From NCBI GenBank assembly GCA_965200485.1, contig CBDAUD010000002.1, forward strand, positions 137,939 through 201,938: DNA of 64,000 nt, written 5' to 3'. Position 1 is the stretch's first letter; each line of letters begins with the position of its first letter. The translations under genes and the position numbers were made by a program. The stretch is from a bacterium (GTDB lineage: Bacteria > JAAXHH01). The notes beneath the pieces are model-generated. The model saw only the letters and a program-made list of their open reading frames with translations, made no database searches and was not told where the DNA came from. This document shows positions 38,909 through 48,373 of this stretch, in pieces.

Positions 38909-39606
38909 ACGACACCCCCCGCATTCTCGTCACCGGTTCCGCCGGTGTCATCGGTACGATCATCGTGAACGGGCTTAAGGACCGCTATCCCCTCCGGGGT
39001 TTCGACCGGGTATCGACGCCGGGATTGGAGGACGAGGTCGTCGGCGATATCACGGACATGGACGCGGTGCTTCAGGCCACGGAAGGCATGGACGCCGTCA
39101 TTCATCTGGCCGGCAACCCGTCCGGCGGCGCCTCGTGGGAGGAGATCCTGCACGCCAATTTCATCGGGACCTACACCCTCTTCGAGGCGGCCAGCCGCAA
39201 CGGGGTGCGCCGCGTCGCCTTCGCGAGCCGCGCGGGACTCCTCGCGCCTTATCCGCAGGACGTCTTCCGCACGATCGACATGACGCCGAGGCCCGAGAGC
39301 TACTATTCCATCAGCAAGGTCTTCGGGGAAAGCCTGGGCTATATGTACGCGGTGCGTTTCGACATGGAAGTGGTATGCGTGCGCATCGGGAATTTCCAGC
39401 GGCAGCGGGACCTGCCCGGGCATCCCCATCATCTGAGCCACGGCGATGCCGTCCGCGTTTTCGAACGGGCGGTCATTCACCCCGGTATTCGTTTCGAGGT
39501 CGTGTTCGGCGTGTCCGACAGCAACCGGCGGATGTACGACCTCGATCACGGCCGCCGGGCGATCGACTATCACCCCCAGGACAAGTCGGTGATCGATCCG
39601 CAGTGA
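38905..39606 (+). CDS. NAD(P)-dependent epimerase/dehydratase (atypical SDR), 233 aa
   Basis: ILVTGSAGVIG Rossmann motif. The start overlaps the previous stop (ATGA), indicating translational coupling. Confidence 0.75.
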   Translation: MNDTPRILVTGSAGVIGTIIVNGLKDRYPLRGFDRVSTPGLEDEVVGDITDMDAVLQATEGMDAVIHLAGNPSGGASWEEILHANFIGTYTLFEAASRNGVRRVAFASRAGLLAPYPQDVFRTIDMTPRPESYYSISKVFGESLGYMYAVRFDMEVVCVRIGNFQRQRDLPGHPHHLSHGDAVRVFERAVIHPGIRFEVVFGVSDSNRRMYDLDHGRRAIDYHPQDKSVIDPQ

Positions 39607-39687
39607 ACCGGGGCTCGCCCGGCCGTCCGCGCGGCGGTCTTCGTCTGAGCGTCGTAGCCGTCCTGCCGGGGAAGCCGGTCGGCTTGC

Positions 39688-40470
39688 CTAGAGCGCGGTC
39701 CAGCCGCCGTCGACCATCAGCGTGGCGCCGGTGACGTATCTGGACGCGTCGGAGGCCAGAAAGACCACGGCGCCCTTGAGGTCCTCGTTGTTCAGCATGC
39801 GTCCGAGGGGCACCCGCTGCTCGTACCTTCGGACAAACGGTCCGGGCTGTTCATTGAAGTAGCCGCCCGGACAGATGGCGTTGGCCCGCACGCCCTGCTT
39901 GCCGTAGTAGTTCGCGATGTACCGGGTGAAGTTGACCATGCCGCCCTTGACGAAGGTGTAATCCGGGGGTTGCTTCATTCCGGTGTCTTCGTAGAGGCTC
40001 GGATCGTTGGCGACAATGCCGTAGATGCTCGAAATGTTGATGACGCTGCCAGCACCCTGGGCCGCCATGGCCGGGACGAAGGCCTTGCACAGCGCAAAGA
40101 GTCCCACCATGTTGCCCTGGGCGCTCGCGGCCCAGTAGTCCGGTGTCTGATCGTCGAAACCGCCGCCCCGGCCGACCACCGCGCTGTTGACCAGGATGTC
40201 CACGCGGCCGAAACGATCCGTGACGCGCTGTTCCAGGGCGCTGATCGAATCAACGTTGGTGATGTCGAGCGCTTCGGGATGGGCGTCGAAGCCCCGTTCG
40301 TTCAGTCCGGCAACGAATCGCCGGTTGTTTTCGAGACCCCGGGAGGCGACGACCACGGTCGCTCCCGCTTCGGCCAGCGCTTCGGAGATGCTGCTGCCGA
40401 ACTGCGGACCCGCTCCGCCCGTGACCACGGCGGTGCGCCCCGCCAGGGAAAAGCTGTCGAGTACACCCAT
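39688..40470 (-). CDS. Classical SDR-family oxidoreductase
   Basis: TAVVTGGAGPQFG, NSAV, catalytic S...YxxxK (SSIYG..Y..GK). Confidence 0.8.
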   Translation of the reverse strand: MGVLDSFSLAGRTAVVTGGAGPQFGSSISEALAEAGATVVVASRGLENNRRFVAGLNERGFDAHPEALDITNVDSISALEQRVTDRFGRVDILVNSAVVGRGGGFDDQTPDYWAASAQGNMVGLFALCKAFVPAMAAQGAGSVINISSIYGIVANDPSLYEDTGMKQPPDYTFVKGGMVNFTRYIANYYGKQGVRANAICPGGYFNEQPGPFVRRYEQRVPLGRMLNNEDLKGAVVFLASDASRYVTGATLMVDGGWTAL

Positions 40471-40560
40471 GCGTAGGCTCCTTTCGTCTTCGAGTGTAAT
40501 TCGAAATATAACACATCCGGTTCCGGCGCAACAAAACCTTTGTATCCTTTTGCGGAGGGC

Positions 40561-41409
40561 ATGTCAATGATCTATGGATCAGGCGATTTCTGTTATGAGA
40601 AAGTACCCGGATGGGGCGCTGAACGGGTGCTGGGCATCACCACGGCCGTGGCCACGGATTCGCAGGACCGTGTGTACGTTGTCGATCGCGAGCCGAATCC
40701 CGCGGTGGTGGTGTACGACCGGGACGGGCGCCTGCTCGGCGAATGGGGACACGACGTCCTGTCCCTTCCGCACGAGATCTGGATCGATGCGGACGATCTG
40801 ATCTATATTCCGGACTGCGGCGACCACTCCGTGCGGGTGTTTTCTGCGGACGGGAAGGTGCTGCGGACGCTGGGCGAGCCGAACCGGACCGGCGCACCCG
40901 GAGAACCCTTCAACATGCCGACGCGCGTGGTGAAGGGGCCGAACGGGGACCTGTACGTGGCCGACGGGTACGGGCAGTGCTACATACATCGGATGACGGC
41001 CGAGGGCGAACTGCTCCATACCTGGGGCGGCCAGGGCGCGGCTCCGGGCCAATTCACGCTTCCCCACAACATTTTCCCCGCTTCCGACGGCCGTTTGGTG
41101 GTTGCGGACCGGGAGACCAACAACCGGATGCAGGTCTTCGATGGTGACGGTCGCTTCCTGGCGGAATGGCCAGGGCGCCTGCATCCCTGCGGCCTCTTCA
41201 TAGATCCCCAGGATACGGTTTACGTGAGCGAGGGCGGCGGGGTCACCATCATGAACATGGACGGCCGGCTGATCGCCCAGTTTGCCGTTCGAGGCGGTCC
41301 CGACGATCGGCCCCACGGCGCGCACAGCGTGTGGGTCGATCGACACGGCGACGTCTACGTCGGCGAGGTGGGCGTGGAAAACCTCGTGCACAAGTACGTC
41401 AGAGTATAG
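40561..41409 (+). CDS. NHL-repeat six-bladed beta-propeller protein
   Basis: Repeated ..G.G.G.F..P.G.A.D..G.LYVAD..N.R.Q.F.. units. GGAGG ribosome-binding site before the ATG at 40561. The track ORF begins with TTG at 40540. Confidence 0.7.
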   Translation: MSMIYGSGDFCYEKVPGWGAERVLGITTAVATDSQDRVYVVDREPNPAVVVYDRDGRLLGEWGHDVLSLPHEIWIDADDLIYIPDCGDHSVRVFSADGKVLRTLGEPNRTGAPGEPFNMPTRVVKGPNGDLYVADGYGQCYIHRMTAEGELLHTWGGQGAAPGQFTLPHNIFPASDGRLVVADRETNNRMQVFDGDGRFLAEWPGRLHPCGLFIDPQDTVYVSEGGGVTIMNMDGRLIAQFAVRGGPDDRPHGAHSVWVDRHGDVYVGEVGVENLVHKYVRV

Positions 41410-41415
41410 CCGCGC

Positions 41416-41652
41416 ATGCCCAACGGCGACGCCATGACCACTTCATCGCGGGACTACCGGCTGCCCCGCTGGATCTGGGCGGCCTACCTGGTCCTTTTCG
41501 CCCTTTCCGTGCCCTGGTATCTTCCCGAAGTCGATCCGATGCCCATCTGGTTCGGCCTGCCGTACTGGGTGGCGATCTGTCTGGCGGTCTGCCTCGCCAT
41601 CGCCTGCTTCACGGCATGGGTGATTCACCGGTACTGGCGGGAGGGCGCCTAG
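41416..41652 (+). CDS. DUF3311-like small membrane protein (accessory subunit encoded upstream of SSS transporters)
   Basis: 78 aa, two transmembrane helices. Stop lies 3 bp before the symporter start. Confidence 0.6.
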   Translation: MPNGDAMTTSSRDYRLPRWIWAAYLVLFALSVPWYLPEVDPMPIWFGLPYWVAICLAVCLAIACFTAWVIHRYWREGA

Positions 41653-41655
41653 CCC

Positions 41656-43143
41656 ATGGCGGATCAGCCCTACGGCCCCGGCGCGCTCGCCTTTCTGGTC
41701 GCCTACCTCGTCTTCATGATCGTTCTGGGATACGTAGCCCGGTCGCGCCGCCGGGACGATTCCATGTCGTCCTTCTACCTGGCGGGCAAGAACCTGGGCG
41801 CGCTGGTCCTTTTCTTCACGCTCTACGCCACCCAGTACAGCGGCAACACGCTCATCGGCTATCCGGGCGAGGCCTATCGGTTGGGTTTCGTCTGGATCAT
41901 GAGCATCGGATTCATGATGTCCATCGTGGTGGCCTACCTGCTGTTCGCGCCGCCGCTCTACCGTCTTTCGCGTCAATACCATTTCGTTACGCCGGGCGAC
42001 TGGATCACCCACCGTTTCGGATCCGGCCGGTTGACCGCCTTTGCCGGCGTCTTATTCGTCGTTGCCATCGCCAATTACCTGCTCGCGCAACTGCTCGCCG
42101 TTGGGCACATCGTCTACGGTCTTTCCGGCGGGGCGGTGCCGTTCTGGGCGGGCGTGGTGGTCCTGGCCGTCATCATCCTGTTCTACGAGACCCTCGGCGG
42201 GATGCAGGCTGTCGCCTGGACCGACTGTATTCAGGGCCTGCTGCTGTTCGCGGGTCTGATCGGCATGCTGGTCGCGGTCGTCGGGGGCACCGACCGGCTC
42301 GCGGAAGCGACCGACTGGATCATCGCGCATCAACCGGAGAAAGCCGCGCTGCCCGGGGGAGAGGCGGTCCGGACCTGGTTCAGCACGATCCTGCTCGTGG
42401 GCTTTGCGGCGGCCGTCTATCCCCAGGCGATCCAGCGCATCTTCGCGGCCCGGAGCGCCCGCAGCCTGAAACGGTCCTTCACGTTCATGGCCTTCATGCC
42501 GCTGGTCACCATCACGGCGGTCGTCCTGGTGGGCATCCTGGCCATTCCCCGGCTGACGGGTCTGGAAGGGCTCGCCACCGACCAGGTGATGCCCCGTCTG
42601 CTTGGCGTATGGGCGGCTGAATCCGCCTGGTTGTACGTGATGACCGTGTTCGTACTCACGGGCATCGTCGCCGCGATCATGTCGACGGCCGACTCCGTGC
42701 TGCTCAGCCTGTCCTCCCTGCTCGTGAAGGACGTCCTGGGCCGTTTCCGGCCGGGCATGCTCCCGGAAGCGCGCCTTACCGTCTGGGGAAAGCGTCTGTC
42801 CTGGATCATCATGGCCATCCTGGTCGCCATCGCCCTGACGCCGGATCTCACGCTGTGGGGACTCATAGAGCTCAAGATGGAAGTGTTGATCCAGACGGCG
42901 CCGCTGTTCGTGCTGGGGGCGCTATGGCCGCGATTCAACGCGGCGGGCGCGACCGCGGGCATGGTGGCCGGCACGCTGCTCGCGGCGGGGCTGACCCTCG
43001 CCGGGATGGGCAAAGTCTGGGGATTGCACGCCGGCGTGCTGGGTCTGGCGTTGAACGTTGTCGTAGGGGTTGTGGTGAGTCGGGCGGGGTGGGGTTTCAG
43101 AGGCCGCGCGGCTGATCAATCAGTCGGCCTGTCGGTACATTAA
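41656..43143 (+). CDS. Sodium:solute symporter family transporter (SSS)
   Basis: About 13 transmembrane helices. N-terminal FYLAGKNLG and the conserved SSF glycine pattern. Confidence 0.8.
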   Translation: MADQPYGPGALAFLVAYLVFMIVLGYVARSRRRDDSMSSFYLAGKNLGALVLFFTLYATQYSGNTLIGYPGEAYRLGFVWIMSIGFMMSIVVAYLLFAPPLYRLSRQYHFVTPGDWITHRFGSGRLTAFAGVLFVVAIANYLLAQLLAVGHIVYGLSGGAVPFWAGVVVLAVIILFYETLGGMQAVAWTDCIQGLLLFAGLIGMLVAVVGGTDRLAEATDWIIAHQPEKAALPGGEAVRTWFSTILLVGFAAAVYPQAIQRIFAARSARSLKRSFTFMAFMPLVTITAVVLVGILAIPRLTGLEGLATDQVMPRLLGVWAAESAWLYVMTVFVLTGIVAAIMSTADSVLLSLSSLLVKDVLGRFRPGMLPEARLTVWGKRLSWIIMAILVAIALTPDLTLWGLIELKMEVLIQTAPLFVLGALWPRFNAAGATAGMVAGTLLAAGLTLAGMGKVWGLHAGVLGLALNVVVGVVVSRAGWGFRGRAADQSVGLSVH

Positions 43144-43257
43144 TCCCTGCTGGCCGGATGAAGGAGACAACGGGGCGAATCCCCGGGTGTTGGGGCCCAC
43201 TGTCGCGTTTTTCGGGTGGTCCGTTCGCCCTTTCTGCGGCGAGTGTGACAAGATCCT

Positions 43258-44531
43258 TCATCCAAGAACCCCCGCCGCGAACAAGGTGCCCAAATCCACT
43301 TCATTTCGCCAATTCTCTAGTTCAGGATGCGCTGTTCCGAGCACGATATCCGTCGATCCGGTCTCATCTTTCGCGAAACACAGCACCTTGTCCAATCTGG
43401 CTGAGTTCAGCAACACCCGTGAATGCGTTGCCACTAGCACCTGCCCCGTATACACCGACGCGAGCGAGTCATAGACCGTCGACACGGCACCAGGGTGGAT
43501 CCCGTTCTCGGGCTCCTCGACCAGAAAGACCCCCTGCTGTAGATCGTCGGGGTGGACATATGCCAGCAGAATGAGCGCCGTATGCCGTAGGGTGCCGTCG
43601 GAGACGAACCAGGACGGTATTTTGTATCCGCCGGCATACTTGTATTGTATACCAGGTAGCGATGCCTGTCGTCAGGCCGCTCTACGGTTGTGATATCGAC
43701 CAGGTCCGGAAGGACGATCTGAAGGTGGGCGATCCAACTGCGGTATCTCCTTTTGTTCTTTTGTCGAAGCCGACTGACCAACCAGGGCAGGCTCGATCCA
43801 TCCGGGCGGAAGCCTTTCGCCCGGCTCGGTGGGCTTGGCTTGCGTATCTCGAGGCTATTGAGGACGAGACGTTGGACCCCGTTGGCGAGATGGTCGCGAA
43901 ACCACATGGCCACAGGGAAATTCCGGTCATCCGATGGGAGATTTCCCAGTGCCGAATGCAGGGGGCTCAGATTAAACGATGCCGTCCTACCCTTGCCTGT
44001 TTTATAGGTCTCGTTGTAGAAATTGTTGTTCCCGCCGGATACCTTACTGACCACGACCTTGTTGCTCTTTAGACGTTTATTCACGGACAGGGAGGTTGGC
44101 GCGGAGGATGGCATGGGAAACGACGGCCGACGGCGTTCCGTCTTCTCGTCGGCCGTCCTCAGCAACAACGTCTCGGCCTTTATCTCAAACTGCCGCATCG
44201 TCTCATCGAAACCTATGGCGACCTCGTATCGGGCCGTATCAAGATGCGGCTTCGCCGTTCGTTTTCGCAGATCGTCCGGGATTCGCGCCTCAATCGCAAG
44301 TTCCAGATTCTTACCCTGGTGCTGGAAGAGCAGTTCCTCCGGATTCCCCGTTCGATTCTCAATGGCCTCTGTGATGCCCGTGGTTACCAAGTCTTGCAGA
44401 AAACCGAGGACATCAAGAAAGGTCGTCTTGCCTGAAGCGTTCGGTCCCACAAGGACGTGAAATGCTCCGAGGGGTCTGGACGCGTAACGCAGGCATCTAT
44501 AGTTCAGCGCTTCAATCAGCGTAATCATCAT
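43258..44531 (-). pseudogene. AAA_15/AAA_21 ATPase, paralog of the 542..1696 gene, disrupted by a frameshift (orphan, no partner gene)
   Basis: Frame A (44531 down to ~43640) encodes the Walker A region HVLVGPNASGKTTFLDVLGFLQDL. Frame B (about 43670 down to 43258) encodes ..SWFVSDGTLRHTALILLAY..FLVEEPENGIHP..VLVATHS.. (signature, Walker B, H-loop). The two parts cannot be joined without a +/-1 shift near 43600-43680. Confidence 0.7.
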
Positions 44532-44567
44532 ACGGATCCGCGTACTGCCGACAGTGGCCATCCCCCC

Positions 44568-45785
44568 TCAGCGCCCCAACCCCTTCACGGCCGCCTCGAT
44601 CCGTTGCAGCGCATCGGCGAGGATCGATCGGGGGCAGGCGATGTTGATCCGCTCGAAGCCCTCGCCTTCCGGTCCGAAGATATACCCCTCGTCGAGAAAG
44701 ACGCGCGCCTCCTCCATCATCAGGTGCTGCAGGGCGTCCTTGTCGAGGCCCAGACTCCTGAAATCCACCCAGACGAGATAGGTGCCCTCGGTTTCGATGA
44801 CGGGTATGCCGGGCAGGCGCTCGCGGAAGAAGGAGACGAGGAAGCGGTAGTTCTCCTCCAGGTAGGCCAGCAGCTGCGCCAGCCATTCCTCGCCATGATC
44901 ATACGCGGCTTCGACGGCCGCGATGCCGAAGGGGTTCAGCGTGAAGATGCCGGTGCTGCGGACGGTCTGCTTAAACGTCGCCCTGCGTTCCGCATCGGGA
45001 ATGATCAGGTTCGACACTTGCAACGCGGCGAGGTTGAAGGTCTTGCTGGGAGAAGTGCAGATGATCGACCGGTCCCCGTAATCCGCGCCCAGCGTCGCAT
45101 ACGGCGTGAAGGTCCGGTTTCCGAGGATCAGGTCGCCGTGGATTTCATCGGACACGACCAGCACGTCGTGATCCATGCAGATCCGGCCGAATCGCCGCAG
45201 TTCTTCGGCGGTCCAGATGCGCCCGACCGGGTTGTGCGGGCTGCAGAGGATGGCCATCTTGACGGCCGGGTCGGCGCACTTTCTTTCCAGGTCGTCGAAA
45301 TCCATGTAGTAGCGCCCGTCCCGGCAGCGGAGCGGGTTCAGCGCCGGCCGCGCCCCGAGGACTTCTATGGCGCTGAAGAAGGGGTAGTACACCGGCGGCT
45401 GTACCAGCACCTTGTCGCCGGGTTGCGTGTACGCGGAAACCAGCATGTGCAGGGCGGGCACGATGCCCGGGGTGAAGCAGATGGCGCCGGGATCGACAGA
45501 CCAGTCATGGCGCCGTTTCATCCACCTCGTCACGGATTCGTAGTAGGAAGGCGGCGGAAAGGCATATCCGTAGATACCCAGACGGGCAGTCTCCATCACC
45601 GCGTCCACCACTGGCTGCGGGCACACAAAATCCATGTCCGCCACCCAGAGCGGCAGGACGGGTTTCTCGTGCCGACTGGCATCGGTTTCGTCCCACGGTA
45701 CGATCGCCCCGTCGCGTTTCACGAAGTCCCACTTGTACGAGTTGGTTCCGTTGCGGTTGATGCGTCGGTCGAAATCATAGTTCAT
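44568..45785 (-). CDS. PLP-dependent aminotransferase class I/II, MalY/PatB-type C-S lyase
   Basis: ..SPHNPVGRIW.., ..SPSKTFNLAALQ (PLP-lysine), about 405 aa. Confidence 0.8.
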   Translation of the reverse strand: MNYDFDRRINRNGTNSYKWDFVKRDGAIVPWDETDASRHEKPVLPLWVADMDFVCPQPVVDAVMETARLGIYGYAFPPPSYYESVTRWMKRRHDWSVDPGAICFTPGIVPALHMLVSAYTQPGDKVLVQPPVYYPFFSAIEVLGARPALNPLRCRDGRYYMDFDDLERKCADPAVKMAILCSPHNPVGRIWTAEELRRFGRICMDHDVLVVSDEIHGDLILGNRTFTPYATLGADYGDRSIICTSPSKTFNLAALQVSNLIIPDAERRATFKQTVRSTGIFTLNPFGIAAVEAAYDHGEEWLAQLLAYLEENYRFLVSFFRERLPGIPVIETEGTYLVWVDFRSLGLDKDALQHLMMEEARVFLDEGYIFGPEGEGFERINIACPRSILADALQRIEAAVKGLGR

Positions 45786-46123
45786 GCGAAGGCCTTTTCC
45801 ATGTGAGGGGCATGTCGCGAAGCATGCGCAGGGTATGTCCTGAAGCGAAACAAGTTCGGTAGTGCGGGACCGTATGTTAACCGCTTAAGGTGAAGCTGTC
45901 AATTTGCATTTATCGGTTGCCATACCGCGGTGGAAACTGTACTATCTTGACGCGGTGGCCGCCGGTCTGGACCGCCGTTCTTAATGACTAAAAAGACAAA
46001 TTGGGAATATGCGATCGGCCCAGCGTCGTTGCCCGTCCGGATCGGTTTCATCGCACGGGTGTCCGCCAACGCATTGTCCGGTCAGTCCTGAATGTTGTAA
46101 AGGCGACAAAGTTCTTCTCACCC

Positions 46124-48244
46124 ATGCGCCTGATCGAAAGACTCAATAGCCTGCCCGCCGGCGCTTCCCTGGTCCTGGCCGGCGTGGGCCAGCGCGCCGG
46201 GGTCCCTGCCAAAGAAGCCGACGCGGGCTGGCCCATGGGCGTGGTGCGCCGGCCCGACGGCGACCTGATCGTGATCGACTACCAGTGGCATCGGCTGTGG
46301 CGCATCGATCGCGACGGCATCCTCCACGCGTTCGCCGGGGACGGGATAGCGGGCGACTCGGGCGATGGCGGTCCGGCCTCCGAAGCGCGGTTTCGCCACC
46401 CCCACGATCTGACCCGGGACCGGCACGGCAACCTCTATCTTTCCGATCTGGGCAACTTCACGATCCGCCGCATCGACTACGAGACGGGGATCGTCACCCG
46501 CGTCGCGGGCAACGGCCGGGTGGGCCGCGGCGGCGACGGCGGGTCGGCGCTGGACGCCGAGCTGGACTGTACGTGCGGCGTGGCCGTGGACCGGGAAGGC
46601 AACGTGTACCTGGCCAGCGAATGGACGAACAACATTCGGCGTATCGACGCCCGGACCGGGATCGTCGAGACCGTCTTCGGGCCGCATGCCCGGCACTATC
46701 CCTCGGAGCGGGGAGAAAGCCGGCCGTTCGCGGGCCCGGCCCTGAGTCTGGGCGGCTACCATGGCGATGGCGGTCCGGCTCGGGACGCGGGATTCCATCA
46801 CCCCGAACATCTTGCATTCGATTCGCGGGGCGATCTGTACGTGTGCGACAATTCCAACGATCGGATCCGGAAGATCGATATGCAATCCGGCATCATCGAC
46901 ACGGTCCTGGGAAACGGGCAGCGCGCCTCCAACGGCGACGGCGGTCCCGCCGTGGAAGCAAGCACGCTCATGCCGGATGCCATCTGTCTGGACGTCCACG
47001 ACAATCTCTACGTCGGCGAGAAGTACGGCTTCCGGGTCCGGAAGGTGGAGCGGGAGACGGGTACCGTCCGTACGCTGGCGGGCACCGGCGAACCGGGGTT
47101 CGGCGAGGAAGGACTGCCCGGCGTCGTCACGCGATGCAATTCCGTGGAAGCGGGTATCTGCGCCGACCCGGACGGCACGGTGTTCTGGGGCGACTGTTCC
47201 GGCCGCTTGCGGCGCTGCGACGGTAAAACGGGGATCGTGACGACGGTCCTCGGCGGCACGACCGTACACGACGGCGAGGCCGCTTCAAGTGCGTTTCTGA
47301 ACGGTCCCGGCGGCCTGGCTGCCACGCCCGATGGCCGCATCGTCATAGCGGACGTGTGGAACCAGCGCATCCGGGCGATTGATCCGGAATCCGGGGTGAT
47401 TGAGACGGTCGCGGGGACCGGTTCGCGTGCGTACGGCGGCGACGGCGGTCCTGCCGTCGAAGCCCACCTGGGGAATCCGCACGACGTCTCGGTGGACCGC
47501 GCCGGAAGGATTGTCATCGCGGATACGCGTCACGGGCACGTGCGGCGCGTGGACGGGGACGGTGTGATCCGAAACGTCGCCGGCGCGGCGTTTCAGTGGG
47601 ACAAGGGCGATGGCGGACCCGCTCTGAGCGCATGCCTGATGCACGTCCTCTCGGTCGCCCACGGCCCCAACGACGACCTATACATCGGAGACGCGGGTTG
47701 CGGACGGATCAGGAGAATCGACGCCAGCACGGGCATCATCACCACGGTAGCGGGCGTCGGTCTGCACGGATACGCGGGGGACGGCGATCTCGCTGTCCGG
47801 GCGCGGATCGGCGCGCCGACTGCCATCCAGGCAGATGGCAACGGAAATCTCTACTTCGCGGACGACCGGTACCATGTGGTCCGGCGGGTGGATGGCGGCA
47901 CCGGGGTCATTTCCACCGTGGTCGGTACGGGAGAAGCAGGGTTTTCCGCGGACGGTTCGAGGGCCTCAAGCGCGGCGATCTCCCAACCCAGGGGGCTGGC
48001 CGTGGACGCGCGTGGTCGGGCGTACTTTTCCGATACGGGCAATAATCTGGTACGTCGCATCTCGGAGAACGGCGTCCTCGAAACCGTGGTCGGCAGCGGG
48101 GCGTACGGCGACTCCGATGCGCCTCTCGCCGCGCGAGCGGTCCCGTTGAACCAGCCCAATGGCCTGTGTTTCTACGGTGAGGACGTCCTGCTCCTCAGCG
48201 ATCACTTCAATAACCGGTTGAAGGCGGTCCGCATCGGAGACTGA
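46124..48244 (+). CDS. Large NHL-repeat beta-propeller protein, about 707 aa, at least 10 NHL units
   Basis: Repeated G.GDGGPA..A.L..P.G.A.D..GNLY..D..N..IRRID units. ATG at 46124 after a 338-bp lower-GC promoter region. Confidence 0.75.
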   Translation: MRLIERLNSLPAGASLVLAGVGQRAGVPAKEADAGWPMGVVRRPDGDLIVIDYQWHRLWRIDRDGILHAFAGDGIAGDSGDGGPASEARFRHPHDLTRDRHGNLYLSDLGNFTIRRIDYETGIVTRVAGNGRVGRGGDGGSALDAELDCTCGVAVDREGNVYLASEWTNNIRRIDARTGIVETVFGPHARHYPSERGESRPFAGPALSLGGYHGDGGPARDAGFHHPEHLAFDSRGDLYVCDNSNDRIRKIDMQSGIIDTVLGNGQRASNGDGGPAVEASTLMPDAICLDVHDNLYVGEKYGFRVRKVERETGTVRTLAGTGEPGFGEEGLPGVVTRCNSVEAGICADPDGTVFWGDCSGRLRRCDGKTGIVTTVLGGTTVHDGEAASSAFLNGPGGLAATPDGRIVIADVWNQRIRAIDPESGVIETVAGTGSRAYGGDGGPAVEAHLGNPHDVSVDRAGRIVIADTRHGHVRRVDGDGVIRNVAGAAFQWDKGDGGPALSACLMHVLSVAHGPNDDLYIGDAGCGRIRRIDASTGIITTVAGVGLHGYAGDGDLAVRARIGAPTAIQADGNGNLYFADDRYHVVRRVDGGTGVISTVVGTGEAGFSADGSRASSAAISQPRGLAVDARGRAYFSDTGNNLVRRISENGVLETVVGSGAYGDSDAPLAARAVPLNQPNGLCFYGEDVLLLSDHFNNRLKAVRIGD

Positions 48245-48373
48245 CCCGGCATTCGCTGGGGGCCGACCTTCGGCTGGCATTCCGACGGCTGGCCGGGTAT
48301 CCTACAGTCGGCCGGGTATCCGCCAAGACCGGCTGCAAGTCGCGACCGGCCGGAAATCGAAACGGGAGAAAGC

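Noticed and set aside
43434-44561. Treating ORF 43434..44561 as an intact 375-aa ATPase.
   Set aside because: Its C-terminal ~110 aa (..PADTKYRPGSSPTAPYGIRRSFCWHMS..) are out-of-frame junk. The real Walker B/H-loop region is in another frame (43258-43670), so the gene is frameshifted.
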